Origin: Eledone cirrhosa
Taxonomy: Eukaryota
DNA length: 64,000 nt
NCBI GenBank assembly: GCA_964016885.1
Contig: OZ024740.1
Location: 393,886,001-393,950,000, forward strand
Direction of reading: 5' to 3'
The position numbers were made by a program, and so were the translations under genes. Shown here piece after piece: positions 54,987-64,000 of this stretch. The stretch's first letter is position 1; each line of letters begins with the position of its first letter. Under the pieces are notes generated by a model. The model saw only the letters and a program-made list of their open reading frames with translations. It was not told the origin of the DNA and made no database searches.

Positions 54987-56837
54987 TACTTGGAAGCAGT
55001 TCTCAAGGCGGCCGGCTTCGGTCCCGTCTTCAGAGGCTGGATCTCTGCCATGCACACCAGCATCTGCTCGGTAGTCAAGGTGAATGGCTACCTATCAGAG
55101 CCATTCCAAATCATGCCTTCCTTCCGTCAGGCATGCCCTCTGTGCTCCATTCTGTATGTACTGACTTTTGAGCCGTTACTGCGGAAGTTGGAGCTGTTTC
55201 AGGGCATCCCGATCGAACCATGACTGCGGAAAGCAGCGTCTGCCTATGCCGACGACGTAACCGTAATGGTGTCGAAAACCTCGGAAATCGGGGTAATCGG
55301 CAACCTATTACAGGAATACGAAACGTTGACAGAAGCAAGACTAAATCCAAACAAGTCTGTCGGTTTGCAACTCGGCACATAGAGAGGCAAACCCATGCCT
55401 TCCGCCAGTGTTGTTGAGAACTGGACGGAAGGACTGGTGAAATTGCTCGGGGTCTGGTTTGGTCCAGACCTCCAGGTGGACAAGTACTGGAACGAGGTCA
55501 CGGCGAAGGTGTTTGCACGCACCCAGAAGTAGGTTGAGTGCAAACTCTCCTTGAAAGGTTGAGCGGAGGTGGCGAACACTTACATAGCGTCCGTCATCTA
55601 CTACCGCTTGACAGTCGTGCCTTGCCCCCGAGAATACCTTACCAAAATAGAACGCCTACTCTTCAAGTACCTCTGGAAGAAACAGGCTCCATTGGTGAGG
55701 AGATCCATCTGCTGTGAACACCCTTTTAACGGAGGGCTGGGCATGCCGTGGCTGATGATGCGCAAACACGCCATCTCCAGGTATTCCTGACCGCTGTCGT
55801 TTGTGAGACAAGCTCTTCCACAACTCGTCTCACTAACAGAGCTGCAGTCCTGGATCAGGCGAAGACCGAAAATGGGTGCCTGGCACCTCGAGTGCCTACA
55901 GGCGCTCACAGCACTCTACCAAGCGGAAACGGCAATCAGCGGAGACTCCACTTCGACATTCTATAGGGGATTAGTGGAGGATAAGTGCGACGACGTTCTC
56001 TGGGAAACTCTAGGCATCGAGGAGGACGAACTGACCAGTCTGTTCGGGAGGACTTTCCGTTCAGGGCCTATGGATAACTTCCAGAGGTCTCTGGCCTGGC
56101 AGTGCTACCGAGGAGCTCTACCAGTTCGAGACAAAATCTACAGGCACGGACGCCCTGGCAGAGATCCTGCCAAAAGGACCTGTCCAAGATGCGAGCAGGA
56201 CTTCGAAACCGTTCTGCACGCAATTGTTCAGTGCCCAGGGGTGACCGACCTGTGGAATTATGTCGAACAGCTGCTGTCACGTGTGGGACGCATCCAGTTG
56301 TCAGCCGTGTCCATCGTGAGGATCACCCCACCGCCTTCATTTAAGAATGAAGGAGAGGCGGTTTTCCTCTGTCTGGTTGCTATGGCGAAAGAGGTAATAT
56401 GGTGGACGAGGTTAAAAGGATTGAGGCCAAACATCTTTCTCTCCGGACAACAACTTATCACCTTTAAGTATCACTTCAGAAGGAAGGTGAGAGTGGAGAG
56501 AGAGGTGCTACACCCCAGTAAATTCGCTGAAAGGTGAGTGAATGTGGCGAAAATGGCCCGAGTGAATGGGCCTTCTCTGTATATAAACCTGTAGGTTGAG
56601 GAAGATAAACAGAGGGAAGACAGGCACACCTACAAAACGTGTTCCTGGTGTTGAGGATTGTTCTACAGGGTGTAAAACAACCTTGCAGTAACGTTCCCCC
56701 TACTGGGGACTTCAATTGTTATTTTATTATATATAGTTTATTGTTATTTATTAATGTGAAAGTTATTTTTATGTAAAACCCCGCCGTCACGTCTTGTAAT
56801 GTCCCATTTTTGTACGCCCCTGTGGCAAATAAAGAAA
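54987..56837 (+). mobile_element. 5'-truncated L1/Tx1-family LINE (RT and C-terminal zinc finger), inactivated
   Basis: Homologous to 3485-5100: EAVLKAAGFGPVFR, SAYADD, GGLGMPW, CPRC...HAIVQC. It has several stops and ends with AATAAA followed by (TATC)n. Confidence 0.93.
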
Positions 56838-56853
56838 GATATCTATCTATCTT

Positions 56854-56926
<73 letters not shown>

Positions 56927-57044
56927 TTCACTCTCTCTTTCTTTCTCTCCCCTTTTATATATATATATATATATATATATCTTTTTATGCTTTGGGAATC
57001 TTGCTAAACAAATTCAGAAACGAAATATATATATATGTATATAT

Positions 57045-57251
57045 ATAGGAACAAGTAAGACCCCGACGGCTGAGCTCAAGCCGTTTCGACGGCTAATTCT
57101 GGAATTCTGGAATTCCAGAATTAGCCGTCGAAACGGCTTGAGCTCAGCCGTCGGGATCTTACTTGTTCCTATTACCCACTCTACTACCCTAAGTATTGAG
57201 TACTTTGGTGCGTTATGGTCCACCTGGTTCCTTACCACATTTCCTTCGTTA
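57045..57251 (+). mobile_element. Fold-back element family A
   Basis: Near-perfect hairpin 57045-57172 with apex near 57108, followed by the family tail. Lies within (TA)n. Confidence 0.85.
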
Positions 57252-57317
57252 TGTATATATATATGTATATATATATGTATATATACATATATATATGTAT
57301 ATGTATATATATATATG

Positions 57318-57386
<69 letters not shown>

Positions 57387-57515
57387 GGAAAGTTATATTT
57401 AAATTGTTGGGTTACAACTAGTAAATATTTATAACTGATATAAAAGCACTCGACAAATATTTGGAGTATATTTACAATATTAAATAAATGGAAACTATAT
57501 TTATAAAACCATATC

Positions 57516-57581
57516 TATTTCACTATATATATTTCAGGGATGTCATATTAACAATATGCTATGCCTTCCTCAGACAAAATA
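57516..57581 (-). ncRNA. Mirror copy of the hammerhead ribozyme in the left palindrome arm
   Basis: Reverse complement of 57737-57802. Confidence 0.72.
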
Positions 57582-57736
57582 CAATATAAACAGTTTTATA
57601 GATAAATAGATTCGACATACCGTAACAACATCGACTTGTATTTGAAAAGGTTGATTTGGCAGATCAACCTTTTCAAATACAAGTCGATGTTGTTACGGTA
57701 TGTCGAATCTATTTATCTATAAAACTGTTTATATTG

Positions 57737-57802
57737 TATTTTGTCTGAGGAAGGCATAGCATATTGTTAATATGACATCCCTGAAATATATATAGTGAAA
57801 TA
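57737..57802 (+). ncRNA. Minimal type I hammerhead ribozyme, family B
   Basis: tattttgt CTGAGGA aggcatagcatattgttaatatgacatccct GAAA tatatata gtgaaata. Confidence 0.72.
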
Positions 57803-58193
57803 GATATGGTTTTATAAATATAGTTTCCATTTAATATTGTATATATATGTATGTATGTTTGCACATTAATATAAATATTTCTAACCACAAAAGTGTATAT
57901 GAATTTTGTATATTAATTATTATTTCTGCTGTAGCATTTCGAAAGTTTATTCGTTATCTAGCGTTTAGGTTAAACACTTCAAACAGTCGTTAGAATTTAA
58001 TAATCCGAGTACAAGGTATCATCTGTGTCATTGATGACAATATGGTAAACTTACCAGCACAATATATATAAATACATGTATGCGTGCGGGCATATATATG
58101 TAAATATTCGTTTTATATATGTTTATATATTCTTTTTATTACAACTCTAGTTCGGTATTGAGTACTCCTTCCTCTCGGCCGTCAACCGCATAC

Positions 58194-58228
<35 letters not shown>

Positions 58229-58276
58229 TATTCGTGTGTGTATATATATATATGTATGTATATATATCAATATCAA

Positions 58277-58369
<93 letters not shown>

Positions 58370-58557
58370 ATATATATATATATCATTGTTATTGATATCA
58401 GAATTAATAAAATTGTGAATATTAATAAAGTCTAAGGTGACTTAAAACATTTATTGTTGTTCAATGGTGAAAAACTCCATCGATAAAGCAAATTTGCTTT
58501 ATATTCTCTTTGTTTGAGAAACGATATTGTTGTTTAAGGCAAGTAAAATTGAAATAC

Positions 58558-58600
<43 letters not shown>

Positions 58601-58854
58601 GTATATATATATGTACAGACGCGCCCATGCACACACACACACACGCACACACTCACACATATATATATATATATATATATATTATTATAGAAATGACTTC
58701 TACAGGGTTAGAACTGTTTCATTCGAAAGAAATCATCATATGTTTGTGTGTGTGTGTGTGTGTGTGTGTGCGTATGCATACATACGTATAGATGCGACTG
58801 CTCGCGCGGTCAGACACATGCATATTACATGAATACATAAATATATATATATAT

Positions 58855-59029
58855 AAGAACAAGGAGGGTGTGGTAAGATACCAGGTGGACCATAACGTAC
58901 CAGAGTACTCGATAGTTGGGGTAGTAGAGTGGGTAATATGAAAAGATTGAGGACCCCAATGGCCGAGCTCTGGCCGTTTCGACAGCTAGATCCGAAACGG
59001 CCGGATCTCAGCCGTCGGGGTCCTGAATC

Positions 59030-59035
<6 letters not shown>
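58855..59035 (-). mobile_element. Fold-back element family A, diverged
   Basis: Family tail plus an imperfect hairpin with apex near 58988. Flanked by (TA)n and (CA)n. Confidence 0.75.
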
Positions 59036-59102
<67 letters not shown>

Positions 59103-59217
59103 GACCCCATATGACTCCTTACCAATACCTACTTCTCTAATTAATTAATTACTTTTTCAACTAATTACTCACATTTATTACCAGTCTTCGTGATACCCTT
59201 GCCTTTATAATTCACTT

Positions 59218-59310
59218 CTATTTGTCTTTCATCCTTACGGGGTCGATAAAATAAAGTACCAGTAATGCACTGGGTAATTGCTGGCCTTGTGCCTAAAGTA
59301 GAAACAATTA
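59218..59310 (+). mobile_element. SINE 3' half (main family)
   Basis: Sequence tttcatccttacggggtcgataaaataaagtaccag...gtagaaacaatta. Confidence 0.85.
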
Positions 59311-62300
59311 TGATATATACTTTGTGTTATGGCATATATTTAATATTGGAGGTTACAGTTTTGATTTTATATTATATTTCATATGTAATTTGTAATTTTG
59401 ACAACACTGGCAGAATACCTACAATTTGTGGGGAGGGAAAATCGAATATATCGACTCCAGTATTTGACTGTTATTTATTTTTATAGACCCCGGAAGATGA
59501 AAGGCGAAGTTGACATAGCAGAATTAGAACTGATGATGTAAAGAGCAGGATTAAATTATACAAAACATTTTAATCGATACTCTAACGATTTTCCAATCCA
59601 ACGTCCTCTCTGATTCATAAATAATAATTGTCAGTCTTTATAAATTATATATTACATCATCTGTGTATACATCTTTCTATCTATTCAATATGAGTTAAGA
59701 AACTGACTGGACAAATTCCAACAAATGAAGTTATATAAAAATATAGCTTTAAATATTGTTTACTTATTTTATGACTTATAAATGTGGGTCTAGAATATAA
59801 ACTGTAATGTAAAAAACGTATGTTTTAGAATTGCTTTTCTTCGTTAGTAACACATATTTTGTTTTGTCATCGGGATGTGATGAAGTTGGTAATGTACAGC
59901 AAGTCGAGAGGCTTATAACAGTGTCATGCAGTGACTTTATCTGTGCACCACTGTTGTGGTCTTCTCATTCCCATGAAACCCTGAGAAAACAAGGTTATAG
60001 CCCCGCAGGGCCGGTTGACCATTTGGCATTCTTAACAGGTGACTGAAGCATTCTACCCTTTGTAGAGCTATGAATCAACTGACCGATATAATACCAACGA
60101 ACTGCTTTGTATTGTCGTTTCTACTGCAGTCTTTCTGGGTTTAACAGCTTACATTTGATCCCTACTTTCAACAATAACAAATATTCACCTTACCTTTACT
60201 GCAAATGAGATTTTGGAGGATATGACTCTCTATTGTATGCTGAACACAATAAGAAATAAAAAGGGGTATTTTCATAATTCAAATTTGATTTATAAATTAC
60301 AAATGTTAATTAGAAATTGTGATTGAGTTATTATTTAGAAAATGTTGTATAATGTCCTCGGCATCTATTTGCTTTTGAACGAAGAAAGAAAATTATGGCA
60401 GAAAAACTGTGTGAAAGAAAGTTTCATAAGGAAGAACATTCTAAAACTATTGATATATAATAGGAGGTACCAGCAGATATCGGGAGGAAATCTTAGTGTC
60501 AACAGGATAAATCGTTTACACGAAGAAGTAATTAAAATTCCTGACAATGAATGATGTTTTCACGCAAGTTCATCGTGTTAAAAGATATGTGATAAAACAT
60601 TTTTGGTAAGTCATTCTTCCATCAGTAAACAAAAAAAAAAGAAATCATTTTATTGCGTATCAGTGGTAAAAATTCTCTGATATAAAGGAATTGGCATGTG
60701 TGTATATTTGTATGCATATATAAGTGTCTGTATGTTTTGGCATCTATAGTTGCTCAGCAAGAAATCAAATGGAACTTCATGTAAGCAAAATATATTTTTG
60801 AATTTCCAAATGAAGCAGAGTCGCCGTTAGTTTTAGGTTACGCGTGAAACTATGTCTTGATTAGTTCTTGCCAATCCTGAAAGTTTTAGAAATATAAACT
60901 AAGTGAATTAGTCACAATCAAGTTTTGAAACCTGCTCCTGAACTCTGCTCGTCAGAATCTTACCTGTTGCAGTATGAAGCTTTGTTCACTACAATATCTA
61001 TAATAAGTCGTTTCTTTTCGAAAGCAACACACATCTGATATTTTATGAGAGGAAACATAAGTATTCTGACACTTAACCTTTAATAAGTTTCTGGTCCTGA
61101 ATGGCTTAAAGATTTCTTCACAATCATATCAATCGGGGTTCAATCCCATTGAGTGTCATCATGGGTAATTGTTTTTATTCAATAACCACAAGTCGATTCA
61201 AGCGGAGGGTGTGAAATTGGATAGACTGAAAATACGGAAGGTCATCAGATGTATTCTATTTGGTTGCCCAGTTTGGTACAGTCAGGCACGATCAGTTCTT
61301 TTGTAAGAGTTATATTCAAGACGATTATTCGCATTATAAGAATTAATTGAAATTGATTTCAAATGAATGTTGACATTGGCTTACAAACGTGGCTCAACAG
61401 GAGTCTTGCCCTAAAGTATCCTCTACCGAATCAGTAATAAACTGAGATAGAATAGATTGGGTATCACACCGCCTCAATCATTGAATACTGCCATGTTTCT
61501 TTAAATGAAACGATTATCATCAATGTAATATTTTATATTTATCTATTGATTTATTGTAACTGGGAACATGTCCAGAATGTAGTTATAAATATGAAAGTCA
61601 TGTATCCTAAGTTAAGTGGTTAAACATGATTCATTAGAACAGAAATGTGTTAGTCACGTTTAGATATACTTATATATCAGGCAATTTATTAGGTGCAATT
61701 CTGTCTACATCAGAAGTATTTTAAATGGGAGAAAAATTGTTTCTTTTTCACCTTTTTGAATAATAAAAAAAATACATTATGTAGGAATTAAATATTGCAC
61801 ACACATAGATATAATTCATAATGGGAAAATTAATACAAATACTAACCATAAGCATTTTATAAGTCATATCTTCATTGCTATAACGTTTTTAAGTAGCCAG
61901 CTATAAAAGAGTCAATTCATACATATATAACACTCTCACCTACTATAATATATATATATAATGCTAATGCCTTTTACTGCACTAAAATAGCCGCGAATAG
62001 ATATGAAAAAAAAAAAAGATCAGCGATACCAAATTAATAAATTTGCCTTTAATATCAATATAATATCACCGAGTTTATAGAATGGACCTTGTATAGATTA
62101 TAAAATATATTTGCAGCGTATATGTTATATCGACTGCGTGCGGACGAGGATTAAAGTTACAGTTGTTTCCAACAACATCCACCCAATATATATGCGTAAC
62201 AACCAAATATATTTTGACCACCGTGCTAGTATGCCCGCTACTTCTTCAGCCTATGTTATAATACTTTCTAGCTTAGATACCTGGTCACGCCATAGTGATG

Positions 62301-63068
62301 TCTAGCTTATACATCAGGTCACACAAGAGGAACAGAGATTTTGATTATATTGACTACAGTACTTAGTTTGCACATGTTTTCTCGATAATGGAAGGATGAG
62401 AGCCAAAGTTAACTTTGGCAGGAATTGAACAGATAAGACAAAAGAACAAATTTGCAAGTATTTTTAAGATTCATAAAGGATTTTATTTCTATTTTGAATC
62501 ATAAAAAAATGAATCTATGATGTCTTCTCTTGCTTACTGAAACTTTAGCTCCTATTTTAAGGAGGTCACCATATGTATTCACTCTTTATTCTTGTAATAT
62601 TTCATCAACTTGTACTATGAAGTTAAACAGAAGGAAAGAGTTGCACAGAGCTGCATTACATGAGCCAGGACAACTGGGATCTGAAATTCCCTCTCATGTT
62701 CCAGTTTGTTTCACGAATATATATCGCCGCCATACCAAATGGACACATTATGATTTGAAATACCTCTTCTGTACGGTACAATCATATAGCTTGCTAGATT
62801 ATTTGAGATATTATAAAGAAAGAAGCGGCATTGGTAGTAGTGGCAGGAATATGAGATTCTAAATGGAATAGAGCATCTTTTTTTTTCAACATTGTCGTTA
62901 AAAGTGCACAGGCAAACACACAACAGAAAAACAACAACAACATAATGATGAGAATATGAGAACATGACATATATTAAAGGGGTAAAGGGAGAATAAAAAG
63001 AGCAAGTTGTGAAAGAAGGGTGATAAAGAGATTAAGAAAATAGAAAACATAGAGTTATGTGTGAGTAT

Positions 63069-63187
<119 letters not shown>

Positions 63188-64000
63188 GAGTGGTAAAAAA
63201 TAGGAAATTAAAGAGGAAAGCGAAAGTGAAAGCGAACCGATTAATAATAGTTTATTATGATTAAATAGCGAAAATATACGAGAACCTTGAAAATAAAGAA
63301 AACATATGAATTGGATTCCAGAATAATGATAACAATAGGATTATGATGAAAATAATGATGATGATTGTCAGGATAATGACAAATAGTGTCGGAAAAAGTG
63401 GATAATTCATTTATAATGTTATTGGCGTTGGTATAGAAAGTTTTTTTAAAGTATAAATTCCATTTATTCAGAGATTTTCCTTGGTTTCCCATCATTTAGA
63501 AGTCGGTGTTTTCACAATGACAGTCAGTGATAGGGTTTTATACAATGAGCTTATAATGAGATTAACTGATTGTTTATAATGATATATATGTTCTCGGTTT
63601 CACTTAGGATAGCATTTATTCAAATTTAATGCGGTTTCGATTTAAACTTATATAATACGGAAACTTACCCTTCTTAGGAAATTTAGTCTATGTATACTTG
63701 GCAATGGGAAATTAATTGTGCGTGCACTCGTTAAAAACTCATCCACAAGAAGATGTATTACATTCGTGTAGGCATGTCTATTTATTCACCTCTACAGCTA
63801 TCGCATTGAATCTCCTTTAAGAATTACAATGAATACTATGCTCCAATATTACAATGAATAAATAGTTTAAATCACAAACAGGAAGTGCAGTGGGATCAGT
63901 TTTCTCGTAAGAATGCAATTCCACCTCTTATTGTTCTTCATGTATTGATCCTCTTTATATTCCAATCAAAAGCTACAAACAACTGCTTTATTTAACTACG

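Larger units (their letters stand above)
57485..57833. repeat. Perfect palindrome: 171-bp arms with a 7-nt spacer (family B)
   Basis: 57485-57655 is the reverse complement of 57663-57833. Confidence 0.93.

Overview
This is an AT-rich, microsatellite-dense eukaryotic window with no recognisable host gene. The SINE family and repeat landscape suggest a cephalopod (Octopus-like) intron or intergenic region, which is an inference. It contains: (1) a near full-length but decayed L1/Tx1-type LINE on the minus strand (about 3210-8696) plus two truncated or deleted relatives; (2) more than 14 copies of one tRNA-derived SINE; (3) old RTE and CR1/L2-like remnants; (4) the 5' end of a retroelement with a 2A-like ribosome-skip motif (DVESNPGP), a PHD finger and a possible upstream HDV-like ribozyme; and (5) a 27 x 35-bp minisatellite. 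The most striking feature is a set of short fold-back (palindromic) elements sitting in (TA)n tracts. Several carry complete minimal type I hammerhead ribozymes (42-102, 53160-53225, and the mirror pair 57516-57581 / 57737-57802). Others carry only the 3' half of a hammerhead, folded back at its stem II. These resemble Penelope-like pLTR or retrozyme remnants. All structure calls were made by eye and none was computed.
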